Translations under genes and position numbers: made by a program
Shown: in pieces, positions 11,511-26,500 of the stretch
Numbering within the stretch: position 1 is the stretch's first letter
How the letters are laid out: each line of letters begins with the position of its first letter
DNA from: Tubulanus polymorphus
Lineage: Eukaryota > Animalia > Nemertea
Assembly (NCBI RefSeq): GCF_964204645.1
Contig: NC_134030.1
Coordinates: 6,056,778-6,120,777 of the forward strand
Direction of reading: 5' to 3'
Length of the DNA stretch: 64,000 nucleotides
Notes under the pieces: model-generated
Told to the model about the DNA's origin: nothing
Database searches by the model: none
The model's input: only the letters and a program-made list of their open reading frames with translations

Positions 11511-14500
11511 TCATACCGTCTCTTCGGCGTCCGGCTCGTCTTCATAGTTGCGCGTTAACGAGACCGTAGCTACGGTTGCTATAGTCGGTTGTTTTTCCTT
11601 CTTTTTCATGCAGGGACAGTGGTTGATTTTACGGTGTCTGCGAACGCAATAGATAGTTATACCGATAATTCCAACTCCGGCCATTGCCAACGAAAACAGC
11701 CCCGCTACATGAAACGATTCTTCTTCGTCTTTGGATGATTTCTTACCTAAAAAAAAAAAAAATTCTAATTGAAAAAGACGTCGAATTTCTTTTTTAGATA
11801 GTGACAAAGGAAAAACAAAATGCTCTGCATATAATATTTTGGAGAGTTGCCGAAAATACGTAGCCTTCCATTAATACACATGAAGCAAGTGTAAATAAAG
11901 TGTATATTTGCTATCTAGGTATCGGGCAGGGAGGTTAGCTAAGTCAAGAAGCAGTGACAACAGTCGTGTATTCCACGTTGGCGAAAATGTTAGACGGTAG
12001 TCTTCTCCTGAGATACTGTTTTCCTGTCTATCGATACGTCAATATTTACGAGTATTTACAAAGGAGATAGCATTCGTAGAAACCGTCCGTCCGTTCGTGG
12101 CTCTTCGCCTGCTTCAAGCAACAGCAACACGTGTGTTGTCGTAGCGCTGTTTGTCTAGGATTAATTCAATCAAAAACCTAGTCGTCGTTTTTACCAGGAA
12201 CCTGAGGGCGTTTTATTGAAATAACAAATACACACTCTCTCGTGTATATATAGATATATATATATAGATATATACGTACGCACATACAAATATGGACGAC
12301 TTACTATACCGGTATAGTGGCTAAAAAGGGAATTTCTGATGACGTATGTACTATTGCTATTATTCGACCGGTGAGTTAAGTTATAAGAAGACAATCTTGA
12401 ACAAACACTCAGATCAACAACAAAACACATTTTGGATGTATCACAGAGTGGACGGAAATGTTGGTGGTTAGTATTGATTGAGTTTGGGTAGTCTGTTTCA
12501 TGTTTTTAAAAGTATAGCTTCGATTTCTACAACTTTCAGTCGCAGTACGGACACTTCAAAAATATCCTGTCGGTATTTGGATACGCATGTATTCCTTATG
12601 ATTTCATTAATTCATTAGCGTAATTTGGCATTCAATCGGGGAATTGTTAAATCCACTATGAAACAGTGAATAAATTAACAAAATTAATAAAATGGTGATT
12701 CGAATTTAAAAACTGAATTATCGTACGTTGAGAAATTCTCCACTAAAACTTTAGGCAATAGGATTACTCGTAGTATGAAGTTCTCACACTTATCTGAGGT
12801 ATAGTTTTTTAATGAGTCTAGCCACTGTAGCCCTGTAGCTATAGACAATGTGTGCTCGGCGCATTCACATGTAAACATTCCTTAAATTATCTAATTTGAA
12901 AAAGAAATGTCTATTCAAGTAGAGTTGTACCTCACAATACATGTATAATCATTATTTTTACGTTGGTTTCAGAATCAGAATTCAACATGTCTCTAACGCA
13001 CTCAATTTATTTCATTTTATAAAAAAAAGAAATGTAATTGAATAAAAATAAGACTACTTAGATTTATTCGGTTTTTAACGCTAATATTCACATTAAAAAG
13101 ATTGTACTTTTTTTAGTCTGTTATTTATCTCTGACCCGTTTGGAATACTTGACTTTTAATGCTACGTTATTCATAATTCGTGGCAGGTTTTGTTATACAA
13201 TACAAAACCGCGAATACACCCATTTCTAAGAAAACAGATGACAAAACATAATTTGACGCTCTTGCGCGCTTTTGTATTATAAACGAGAAATTAATTTTAG
13301 ATTTTTCAATTTAGAGTCACGTTTAAGCGCGGGTCGGGGGGTAGTTTTGCGTGACTAATTTCCAATGCCATACTTTCTATTTTAAGCCCTGTTATATAAC
13401 GCGCTTGAACCAAGACCGACATGTTGCGTTACGGACCTGTGAAAACTTGTAGATTTCACAATAAACATAATCCTTTAAACAAACACAAAAGATTAATATA
13501 ATTATACATGGACCGGGCTACATTAATAGCGACTGCTTATATCAGGGTAATGTTGTGCGATATATTTCTTTATTTGAGATATACATATCAATTTCATCCC
13601 TTGCCTTATAAATTACAAACTCTATACGTCGGATATGATTAACGTCACAGATTACTCATAATGTGTTACTAATCCGAGTTTCTAGTAAATTGACGGATAT
13701 AGTACGCTAACTTTGATTTTTTGACGCATGTTTTCCGGTACATTGCACTTAATGTCATTTCGACTACAATAGTTCCTAATTGGCAGGTGTCTGTAATATA
13801 TAGGCTATATTTACCCTAGTTGAATGTTGGAGACAGGTCTGAGTACACATTAACAACACGTTGTTTCTGGTCATTTATAGTTCACGCGTGACGTGTGCAG
13901 AACCGCCGCAGTACTGAACATACAAACGACGAGGGTGTAACTATACGGGCAGTAAAACCGTACTGGAAACCACATCACAGCAACAGGGACGGACAGAACG
14001 CTTTAAACATTGAGGAGCAGCTTCACCAAAGTGGCGAATATAGAATAACGATATATACTACTACAAAACAATCATTGTCTTTTTGATGAAAAGAAGAAAC
14101 CGTGAGTTTAGCGAACGTACTTTAACCGTATAGTTTTTACTAGTACATTGAACCCAGCTGGGCGAAGTCACGTATCAGACTATATCGGGAGTTTTATCGA
14201 TAAAATGTACGCGACAATGATGTACAATCCTACTGGTAAATCATCTTCACAACAATATCATCATCACCATCATCATCATCATCCCCACGCTCATCGTCAC
14301 CATAAATCTTCAACGCACATAAACGCCGTAATGAAACCGCCCAAACCGCCGTCGTGGAGAGACTTCATCGGCGGATCGAATAACGAACTATCCAGCGCTA
14401 AGAATTGCGTGCATTCGGACTTCACGGATTTAAGTCGAGTCAAACAGAAATCGTCGTCGGGACCTACAACTAGCGGTTATTACAATCATCCGGCCGCCGA

Positions 14501-17500
14501 TTTTAGCAATAACGCCGTGGACAAAAAACGCGTAAGAGCGTCAGTGCATCGGACTCGTAGCGAAAAACAGTTATCCGGATTACCGTCAGGGGGTGAATTC
14601 GCGATATCGTTGGCGGATCTCAGTCAACAGGGTGATTATTTGCTGAGATCGGATAGATGCGATTATAGAGACGAAAACAATCATCGTTGCGAGAAGTGGT
14701 TAGCAGAAGTTCACGCCGCTAACTACGCTTTAGAAGACGCAGTGTTCGCCGAGGGGTCGGGCGTTGAAATCGAAGTCCCCGACGAGGGTCATTGGACGGA
14801 TTTGCCCGGAGTTGTACCGCATCGGCTGAAATCGTCCGACACCGATAGGTCGAAAACAAGGCGCGATTATAGTAAAACGAAAACTTAGAACCTTGTAGAA
14901 TCTCAAATGTCCTCAGCTATGGAAACACTGGCCTTAAATGTGATGCTATTACTATGTTGTACTATGTTGTTACTGCCATCAATGGCGATCTTCCACTATA
15001 TAGACATCGGTGTAGTGTATGCGATGATAAGTTTAATTTAACAAGATCTCTTCTCAGTCAATCAATCAGAAAGTTACATATAATTGATGTAGTTAATATA
15101 ATGATCGTTGCATACTAGTTGAATCAGTCAATCTTTAATTCACTTTCTAAAATCTACGTATTTAGGTGTTCTGTTTTAGAAATGCAGTAAACTACATCGA
15201 ATAAACTTATTTGAGTATTTTTATAAGAGTATAAGATTATTTCTAAAATCATTTTCAGTAATTTTGAGGTCTCGTACGCATCGCAATTTGTAACTTCCTA
15301 TGTACATCGGAGGAACGACTGCTGAACAATATTTTTGTTTGACTGGATGACTGATATTAATCTCAGCATTGTACAGAGGCGATAAGTAAAAACCGACAGT
15401 TGATGATTAAAACAATTATTTTCTGACTTTCTTGGAGTTTAAACCCATCATCAGAGAATCCAAAAATTATCATTATGGTTTCTGTAATGATGGAGGTTAG
15501 ATAAACTCCGCAACCAAAACTGTCACAAAATAATGTTTTGATCATCAACTGGCGGTTTCTTTTACTTATCAATTTTTTTTTATACTTTGCGAACCGGAAT
15601 GAATTTGTCACAATTGTTTTATTTGAAGTGAAGCGTCAGACGCAGTTTTCGGTTACCGTAGTGGATCGAATATCGGTGGCGGTGGTTATGGAAATTGATA
15701 TTGTCGTTGATTTTTATTTGGGTATCCGGGCCGGATCGTACATATTGTAACTGAACGTTTCGATCGAACTGAGTCACTGCCACTACAATCTCAAGGGTCC
15801 TTCGTCGATAGTTAGTTGACAGTCGAGCGGGATCCCAATGTCAAGTGAATCCAGTTCGACGGATTCAGGAAGATTGACTCATTTGAATGAGCATCCCGTC
15901 AAGCCTGGTATATGACGCTGTTTGAAATATTAAAAGAAAACAGATGTAGAAATGTTGGGAGGCTACTGTATCTACCGAGAGGACGCTCTGTCAGTAAATA
16001 TAGACTTAGCTTAGTAAGGTCTCTATCAATATCATCCCGAACTCACTAACTCGCTATATAAGTCTACAACATACTACGCTAGTTCAAGTTTCATTCCAGC
16101 TTGCAGGAATTAACCTATGATAAGCCCTCTATTAGTATTGGCACATAAGACCGGACTATATAGACACCCATACTGTTTATTTTCTGGTCACGTCCCTGTG
16201 TAATCACGTCTAAACAAGTGCCTCGGAAATTGCCTCCGACTAGACCTATACTCCACCACCTAGGACTGTCAAATTACACAACTCATTACTATACGTAGTT
16301 TTGCCATCATCCAAATTCGGATCCAGATTTGCCCCCCGCAGTTTCATCGTGTTAGAATTATCTGATACGTTATACATATTGATAGATACAGAGCAGATAT
16401 TGACTTATTCAGTATATTGACGGACTGATACGTACTGTAGCCTTCTAAGTAGGCTTGGAATTCAGCGTAGGGAGGCGTTTCGTCTGGACGAAGTTCGTCA
16501 TTCTCGGCTGTACATCGATAAATAGCTCTCTGGTCAATTCTTGTAAACATCGTGAAATAGGCGCTGATCTGATAGGCTGTACCGTCCGGCAGCGATATGT
16601 TCTTCAGCATCATGCCTCGGATTTCTTTAAATTCTTTCGCCCCTTTTCTCCACCATCGGATACGACCGCCAGGCCGCCCCACGTTCCCTTTACACGTCAT
16701 GGTCACATTTTGATATTCTTTGAACGTATTGTTGGACAACATCATTTTCGGCGTCTCCGGTAAAACTAGAAACAAAATAGACTTCATGCATTATACGACA
16801 ACTGTCATTGCTTCGAAATCACTCAAAATTAAAACAATATAACTCCTAGTTGTTTTTCACAATATTTCGCTTACCATTGATTTTAAGTTCGGTGGCGCCG
16901 CTTTTAGAAGTGAACATATCCTCGTAAACTTCGCACCAGTAAATACCCTCGTCTCCGACCAGTACCGGGTTTATAAGTAGTTGGTAGAATCCTCTGCGAA
17001 TTCCCAATAAGAACGCTCGACCAGCCAGATTACCACGTGAGCTATTGAACTGAAACACAAGTGAATCCTACGTATACAACCAGTTCCGTTTTTGAGATGT
17101 TGTTGACAATCTTAATAAAATGCTCGAATTTTAGACACCGATGATTTGATATTCGGGGGCGAATCCAGGCGGGAACACAAGGAACAATTCTGTGCCGTTT
17201 TGATGGATGATACAATGGAAATATTTTTCAGGGCACTTCGTCCACTCGCAACTCCAAACAGCAGTCTGCAGCGCAAGATTTAGCTCATATTTCCTTAAAT
17301 GTCCCCCAAGCGCCTAGAAATTGTATGAAAATTCACTGCAATCTCAAAATTGTTTCATTATATATGCCCTTTTCATTTATTCGTGCTCCTTCCAATCTGC
17401 CTTATGGTCCGCCCCTAATTGCCAAAGATAGGTGGAACAAGATGAGAGAATTCAATCGGAGTACCTGATGTGGCCGGTATGTGTGGATAGGTTTCGGGTC

Positions 17501-20500
17501 TCTATGGCGTCGCCACGAAACGGCGAACGGGTAGACGGTGGATTCATTGAGCCGGCAGTCTAAATGAGCAACGCTCCCGTTCCGAGCCGGTGACGTCGAT
17601 GTTACATCTACGGAATACAAGGTCGCCGCAAAACCTGCAAATATATACATGAGAATACATATGAGCATTGAGAAATGATGTTAGAGACTATTATAGCGAT
17701 GACTCAGTGAAGATGATGATGATGTAGTGGATTAAACGATATTCGTAATTATTTCGATCAATCCCCGCAGAGTTAGAGAAAACAAATAAATCGAACGTCG
17801 CTTCCGCCATCATCTTTATGAATCAGATGAATCGGATGAACTATATTATAGATGGGTTATCGTTTTAATTGATTGATACAAAGATATTGGTATTGACTTT
17901 CTTTCATAATTAGAGTAAATGACCGTGAAATGAAAGGCTTAAGGATTTGGAAGTTTCAGAATTTTCCCAATATACTGATTGGACTGGGTCCATATTTGTT
18001 CTGCTGTGTGACGTAATCTGAGTCGTCTGCAATTGCGCGTAACGTCTGAAATCGGATAAGCTATGCGATATCAAATACTGATCCAAAAAAATATTTGAGT
18101 CTATTTTTGTAATCAGATGGTAATAAATGTAGTTTTATATATATACAGTCAAGAAGCCGTATGAGATGTCAGATGAACGCTGTAGAAGCATCTAAACATG
18201 TTTATAACTAATTATTAGGATATTTATTATTAATATATATACTTCGTTTTTCTTTCACAAAATGATCAGTTGGTAAACTTGCAGACATCAAAAAGCGATG
18301 CGTTTAGAATGTTTTCCATTTTGTGTATAATGCACGCTTTGTAAATTACAAAGCCGAAAGTAATAAAATCAAGATCAAAAGGGACCGATCTGCAAATTGT
18401 GGCTTAAGAGATGAGATAAATTTTGCACTATAAGAACGGTGAGTCAATAACCATTTTTTCCTCACCATTGTCGGAAGTCATTACCTTCACATCACACGTC
18501 ACTTACGACGTACGAAGTCTCGCATAAATGACGAGAACAAAGTAATTAAATGAATTAATCGTGGAAATTAGCAATTACTCTAACCAGGTTCACCTGAGGT
18601 CAGTCTCTCTCTAAACCTCGGTAAGCTATTGTGTTTCTAACCTTACAGTGACCCCCATCACTCGGGTTTACTTGACCCGGCGGCCATTTTTTTATTAGCT
18701 CTACCTCAGAGATATTTACTTCGGAATTGATATCAAAGCACTGCATTAATAAGGAGAGATTTCGCCTTATACTTGATGAGATGATACAAATAACTTTCAT
18801 CGGTGCTGCACTGAATATATCTTGGGATTTTGGGCAAAATGTAACCACAATCTAACAGGGTTTCATTAAAACGCTTGTATCTTTTAGGTTGCCGTGACTA
18901 ACCACAAGTCCATTCATCGCACCGACTAAAAAAGAAGTTTTCTGCCCCATGTAAACATGCGCGCAGGACGACAATCGTCCCTGTGCGGGGTATCAGTACA
19001 TCCCTCTCTAAGTTCCCTCGGGTGAAGTTTCACAATGCAACCACTCACGAGAGAATTATAGCTCCTTCGTGAACACGTTCTTCATTAGTCATTCATTGTA
19101 CATTTAATTAATTGAGTGAAGACGTGCCGTACCTCAGAACTGGCTAATAACATAAAACTCTGATCATTTCAGTATGAGGTCAGTTGTACTTCGACAGCGT
19201 TATTTCGATTTTACTGCGGAAATCACAGTAAAAAACCGAGGGCCATCTATCTGACGGAATGAGAAGTAAATCCGTGTGCATTTAACACGAAGGTAATGAA
19301 ATCAACGCGCCGGGGTCCGAAAAGTAGAACCAAATAAGTTCGTTCGTATTCACATGCGGAATGGAATCGATTTCGCTGCAGCATTTTTAGGGTTTTATGC
19401 CCCCTCGATAGAAACGCTATTGTTTTACCACTACAAAATGTATGAACCGGGTAGAATTATGTATAGCTGCACAACTTTGGTCATTAATTTTTTTCCGAAT
19501 GACGATTGTTTCATTCATGTGATTACATACGCTAGCAGCCGTATAGACATATACATAAACTGCATCTAGCATTTAATCCTGTGAAATGGGCGCATCTCCC
19601 AACCGTGGTATATCAGTGCCGGCAAATAGTTGTCATCTGAACCATTCTAATGACAGTTTATTGCAGCTATTAACCGTAGAAAACAGACGGATTAGCGAGC
19701 ATTAAGTCTCGTGATTGGACGGCGATGGGAAAAAGTTCACCGTATATATCATTCTATCGACAGAATGCTGAAGAGATCTCTATATGGTTTATATACGTGT
19801 TTATGAGATGGATCGTGATAATTTACGATCTAACAAGCGGTCGATGTTTTGTACAGCCGATCAAACGACGTGATGGAGAGACCACCGTTTGCGTGCCAGG
19901 CTTTACATATCGTCGATTCCTAGCGCTTTGAAACATTGGCAGCACTAATCATCGTTTTTCGCTAATATAATACTATACAATACCATACATTACAACACAA
20001 AACAATACAAAAGTATATTACTCTCTGGCCAAGTGATATGTAGAGGATACGATATTCCATATAAAGATTTAAAGATTGAAACATAAAAATCAACAATATG
20101 TACCGAGATAATTACATTTGCATGAAGGGAAAAATACAAATTCTATGGAGAACTGGGGCCACGGGTTCAAATAGGAAACTCTTGCTGACTTGACTGCAGC
20201 ACAATAGACCATCGACAGCGCACGCGTTGAGGTGGCCATTGTCTCGGGGACTGTGACATCGAAAAAAGGAACTACTCCCGGGTTTCCGTGATTAGCAGAT
20301 GCAAATACGTCCATTCATCGACCACAAACCGGAAGTAGAAACAACGCGCCGTTTTAATGTGAAAGCAAATCGACGCTTTTTTTTAAACTGATTGTTTCAA
20401 ACCGACTGAACAAAATGGAAACCATGTGACCTGAGAATGCGATAAAAGAAGAGGATACAGTCATGTTTGCATTGTTGACGATGTTTGCGCGAGCGAACGC

Positions 20501-23500
20501 GCTAATATTTATCAATGCCATTATCAAAGTGAACGCTACTTCTGGGCGATGGTTAAATATTGTAAGCTAAGCAAACCTATCGGTCCTTTCGTGAGATTAC
20601 AAATCCAACAGCGACACCAAACAGCGCAGTACCTGATATATCAGCTGATTGAGTTATCGGTGAATGTCGTGGAAGGGCCCGACAAGTAGCGGTGTGGTTC
20701 GGGTCAATGATGCGACTGCCTTGGTCAAGTATACATGCCACACTTGCACTTGTTCTCGGTCCCACCACGGAGGCGATGCAATTCTCGGTTAATTGCTCTA
20801 AACAAAAATACTCCATCCCCGCCTTACGTCGACATCGTAAAAATATGAGGCTAATAGCGGACAAATCAAATAAGTACATACGCTTTATTTTGCGATACGA
20901 ATAGAGGTGACATGGATGGATTACGATATCTTTATGGGTATTAAGCAACTGCCTTATTCATAGTAAAATGAGGTGACATTTTGATTTCCATAAGACAAGT
21001 GACTGACTTAATGAAGTAAAAAACCCACGATATAATGAAGAACTTGATGAGAATTTGACGTTTCGGCCCAATTCTATGGATTATTTTCAGTTTTTGAAAA
21101 TAGACTATAGAATTTGACCGATACGTCATCTTGTATTTCATTGTGGGTTTTTACCTCATTTGCGAAGTGGTATGACTGAAAGAATCGCCACGATTCAGCA
21201 GATAAAACGGACAACCCGAGGACATAGTAGGGATGACTGTAATAGGCGAAAATTATGATAATCAGACACTGTACTCTTAGAACAGAGAGATGCTATGTAG
21301 AACACCTTTCGATTGTCGCTTGGGACCGATTTGGACCTATATAATTATACTAATGAAGTGCTAATTCATGTAAATGAGGTATTAATGATAAAATTTCAAT
21401 TATCGCTTGATTAGTAATTGCAGACAACGATAACAGATGAACTCTGAACGCGATGATATAAGTTACACGGAAGTTGCTCTTTCTGAACCACATTCAGACT
21501 GTCAGAACTTGGTTGGGCGAGTATCTATCATTTTATCCGAGCGAATATCTCAATCTCAGAGGATTAGTAGTAATATAGTAATGGTTAAATGGTAGCTCAT
21601 ATACTCACCACGTCAACGGACCCCTGATAAATATATAATCACATTACCCAAAGAAGTTAATTCATTACAGAGCAGTTTAATGCATGATATTTATTTGTAA
21701 TTCGATTACTGATTCAATGACCGAGTTGAGTAGGACTCATGCTCTAATTAAAATTTTTACTCCCTACCAATAATTAGGTCGAATCCCGAACGATCCATAA
21801 ACTATTCACTTCAAACATTTCCACTGGGGGTTTATTCCATCTGACAACAGAAGCCACAAGTGATGTATGATTGTAGAAAATGTGCAGCTCTAATTTGGAA
21901 CCAGGAGAAAATATACGATGTCAGTACCATGAACACTGTTACAATGACCATACAAGCTTTCCAGTTGACAAAAAACCGGATCTGACCGAGCTTTCACACA
22001 ATCACACAATAAATGATCTTCTTTTATGCGCCGTGATTTTCCTAAATCAAATATCACCCAGTTTGACATGGCAGACGGTTTTTTTCGCTTTATGGTCAAC
22101 ATAATGTTCTTGACCCGGCTCCATCTCTTACAATAGTTACAACAATAACAATAATCAAGTCTGAGATTTACTGAATCACTCGCCTTAGAGTAAAACAGAA
22201 ATCCCACCGCCGTCAATAAACGTGTTACAAAGGTTTCCAGCATTTCAATGTGAAATCATTCGTTATTGAGGCTTGACCGAACGTCTCGTAACAAAATACG
22301 ACATCTGTTGCCCCATAAGAAAATGGAACGCATAAGCCAAAATACCTCAGTGTTTCATCATGAAAGAATTGGTTCGTAAATTCTCTTAGTTGGGGAGCTG
22401 CCGTATAACTTAATTCCCTTCTTGGGGTTATGACCAGGCTTTCATCAACGCCCTCTATCATTCGCTCTTCACGTGTAGCCACAACATGGATTTTTCAATA
22501 GTGATGTCCATGAAATATGTATGTAGCTACAAAACAACACGTGGTTAATGATTCCAACCGAACCGAACCGATAATTCAATGAATTAAGAGCCTCTTGAAT
22601 GCATTATAATGAATTAGAGAATGAGTTGTAGTTGACCCAATATTTTGTCAGATCCAGTCTCAATTATTTCGTTGTACGTTAATTAGACATTTGCATTAAA
22701 CATTCACAATTTCCAAGTCGTTTTTAACGGAATGAATCAATTATCGCGATGTTTCCCGATCAAAAGGTATAAATTCATATTGTACTGAAACATATAGTGC
22801 TCCATCCTTTCGCTTTACGGGGCTCCATAATCTCACGAAGCACATATTTTCCCGCTTTGGATCCTTCCACAGTTAGTTCATTTTCAATGAGTTAACTCAG
22901 AGTTGAATCTTAACTCGGAACTGTGGAACTAGACCCTGGTTTCGAAGTTCTGACAGCGACCGCCTTATATAAGACCCGTCGTTAAAAACACTTCAATGAA
23001 GCATATAATACATTTATTGCCTTGATACATGAAACAAAGGAAATATATATGCAATGGTGAAGAACATAATATGCACCAGTGGGATGAACTTTTTATACAG
23101 TTCGCGCGAACGAGTGACACAAGATGATAAAATATCTTATTTCATTCTTGAGATTATCATTTTCTGCGAGGATCGAGATATCATTTGGCAAGAGTGTTGA
23201 TAACTTCTGTATCCTGTATATACACCGCGAGTGCGTTTATCATTGAGTTATCGCAGGTCAGACCACAAAATATCATACATAGGAAGAACAATTTCAGCGA
23301 ATGTGACAGAAAATCAGATTAAACATCAGACCGACTCAAGAAATAAGCAAATTCTTCTAGTATGAGAAAGCAATTTCATTAGAATCCTAATAAGATTATT
23401 CTCTATAAATGTGTAATAAGAATAAAATGTTCGGACTTTGATACACGTCATATGCCAATCCCTAAAATGATCCCTAAAATGGACTCCATGTTGTATACAA

Positions 23501-26500
23501 TGAAGGAGATTTTGCAGCGCAATGAATACTTATTCGAAATTCGATCTAGTCTGAGAACGTCTTTCTGTTGCAGATGAAGTGCTCAATGAGAGCTATTGAG
23601 ATGAAAAGATTATATGGTCAATATGAAACCATATTGACGGATACTCTCGACCATTGAGAGGTTATATCCGTCCACTTGCCGAATAATAGAGATGAAGTGA
23701 AATCTGTTTTAATAGAAGTACGCATCAAGATATTTATAGATGGAAATAGGGTTGCTTGCCATAATGGCCGAATATATGTAGCTCTAGAATCGAGGAGACA
23801 CTTCAAAAACCATTTAAGCCCTCTTCTTGTTTTATGTTCAATTGGTTCTTTCAGCAGAAATCCTCATCATTAATATCCCATGCCAGAGATTTCGTCATGT
23901 CATATATACACGCCAACAAAGAAGACGCACACGATTAAGCCCATCGCTCATTTGGGATTTGGAAGGAGAAATGTTTTTTGAGTGCATCATTACGGTGAAT
24001 TTTATTTCAGAAACGTATATCCCTAATAGGACAAAAAGACGCGTAACATATCGCAATTCCGCTCAGTTTTGGGACTATACCCACCGGAACTTGCCTAAAA
24101 GACAAATAGAAACAGCGGAAACACAATGAATAGACCCAATTAGAGGGAACCTGTCCACGCGCCGATCAAACAATGCAGATTTAATTCACAGGGTTGTTGC
24201 GTAACTTAGTCGAGTGGGCTTTATTTGTTTTTCGGAATAGTCGATCGCGTTAACTAATGACGTCACAGTCAGGAAACGAAGACCCCCATTGTTTCAAACC
24301 GCGACATCTGTCCCCTCAGAAGAGAACTGCGAAAATATAGCACGTGACACCCGGTTTATAGATTCCCAGGGACCTCGGTTTGACCACGTGTTTGCAGTAT
24401 CCTTCTGGTTTCGCGATTCGAATTTGGAAGAATTTGTATAGCGGTTCTCGTGTTAGACATTCTATCAGCGAACGACGCAATAAGAGCTGTTTATACACGA
24501 AGAACATAAGTATTTATAATTAATAATTAATAAAGATCCCGCTGTTTCGAGCTAAAGGATATATAATAACAGGTTATTATTATCAATGATTAACTGATAT
24601 ATGAAATATACCGCCGAATAACGCTAATCAGCCTGATTCTCACCACAAATACCTGCACCCCTTATGATTAGTATACTCTATATATAAATATTATTTCCAC
24701 TGCTTTCAGAAAGAAAGTGTTCAATCGTGACTGTGGTGAATCCCTTTCCCTGGAACGTAAAAGCGAGGAGAAAATACCCAAATCAAGCGCAGATTTGGGG
24801 GTGCGTTAGGTGCTAGAATGGGGCATGACCAGCAGAGAATCCCTTTGAAAATCCTACAAATACAGCAATATGAGCTGAATACCAAAATACAGCAATATCA
24901 TCACTCCCTCCTATGTAAAATGAGCTGAATAGGGTTTGCCGCCCGTATGCCCTTCCCTGAACACATCTACACACACGGGACACACACGTGTTGATTCGTT
25001 CGTCATATCGATACACTATAAACGTCGCATTAACCAATCCCCAAAACTAATATTTGTTTTCAGTTATCCTACACTAAAGAAACGTAAATATTAATTTTCA
25101 GCCAGTTACAAATAAATCTTTAATCGTGTATGCGTACGTTAAAGCAAACATAATTACAGGTGACAAAGAATATATCAATCTAAGTTTATTGAGCAAAACA
25201 GCGCATTCCAAGAAAGGCCGCGGAGTCGAATGTTAGCGACAGAAATATTCTATCTATTAATAGCGTAACTACATCGAGTATTGCTGTTATTCGAAAAGAG
25301 CAAAACGAAAACCGAACATATAATAATATTTCAACACAAGCGTCAAGATTTGTAGAACTCAAAATTACGTATTTTTGTGTCATTCATAAACCGGCATATT
25401 CATATTTCAATATCATTATAATATCAGTTTTGTGTAATGACAATGCATTTGAAAATAATATATATTTGAACTTTTCACCTAATGGTGTATTATACGTCAT
25501 TTAATTATTGCTATAAAATGTATAGATATCTCGTTTCAATTCAAACAGGTGGGGAATTTGGACTGATAAAATGTGGGTTTACCACAGTGTGATAGGACGT
25601 GTTTTTATCTGGTTCTCCTCGTATCCGTCGTCGGCGGATCTTCGTTACGACGAACTTCAGGGGACAAGAAAATACGTTCGTTATCTTCTATTTCGGACAA
25701 AATTCTTGCTCTGCATACCGATGAATCTTTCTATTCGAGAGCGTTAGAACGGGCTTCCACTGTCGCTTGCATGACAACGACGAGATAATTGAAGAGGTCT
25801 TCTTTTAAGAAACGACACACGTTTCGGATTTTTTCATTCGATTTTAAACATTTCTAATCGCTGACTCTGACTTTTTTACGGGGATATTGTATGACTTCAT
25901 TCATTCGATAACTCGCCGTCATATTGCCAAATCTACCGGATGCTGGATAATATATTCAGGATGCTGTCAAATCGAGATAACATTTCCATCCAGGGAAGAT
26001 AAATGCCAGGAGGCGATTGTAGCGATGAAATGTTAATTCATTATATTTACGAAAATCGGACCTTTTCAACCATGGACAGGGGCTCTATAGATCAATACTC
26101 TTATCTCGAAAGGTTTTCGTGGTTAAATATTGGTTGCAATTCTTTGAAAACTTCAAGATGTGTTACTCAAACACTTCCCCCTAAAACCATACATTGTGGG
26201 ATTGGGGGCTTTGGATTTTGTTTGCCGGCGCGTCATCTGTCAAATACTCTCAAACTCTCAAGGCTGGTATTATATACCTTGTTATGCCTTATATGCTATG
26301 AAAATAAAATCATGATTTGTTAAGCCGCAAATGTAGTTTCGACAAGAAGAGTTCCATTGCCCTCATGTGAGACGAATCATCTGCTCCAGATAGAAAACAC
26401 AATCAAACAGATTGTCCTCTTTTGGAAACAACGACGTTCGTTTCATAAAGGAGGTCTTATGATATAACTGGCGAACAAACAGGTCAAAGAAAACCCTTTC

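Noticed and set aside
20090-20314. 74-aa minus-strand ORF after an ETS-like site as an alternative first exon of the Ig gene
   Set aside because: Weak donor (GTACAT), no signal peptide, no other support.
21880-26323. Short ORFs in Ig intron 1 (21890-22482, 23827-24129, 25573-25788, 26003-26323)
   Set aside because: No recognisable motifs, no consistent splice chain, and several non-ATG starts; consistent with chance ORFs.
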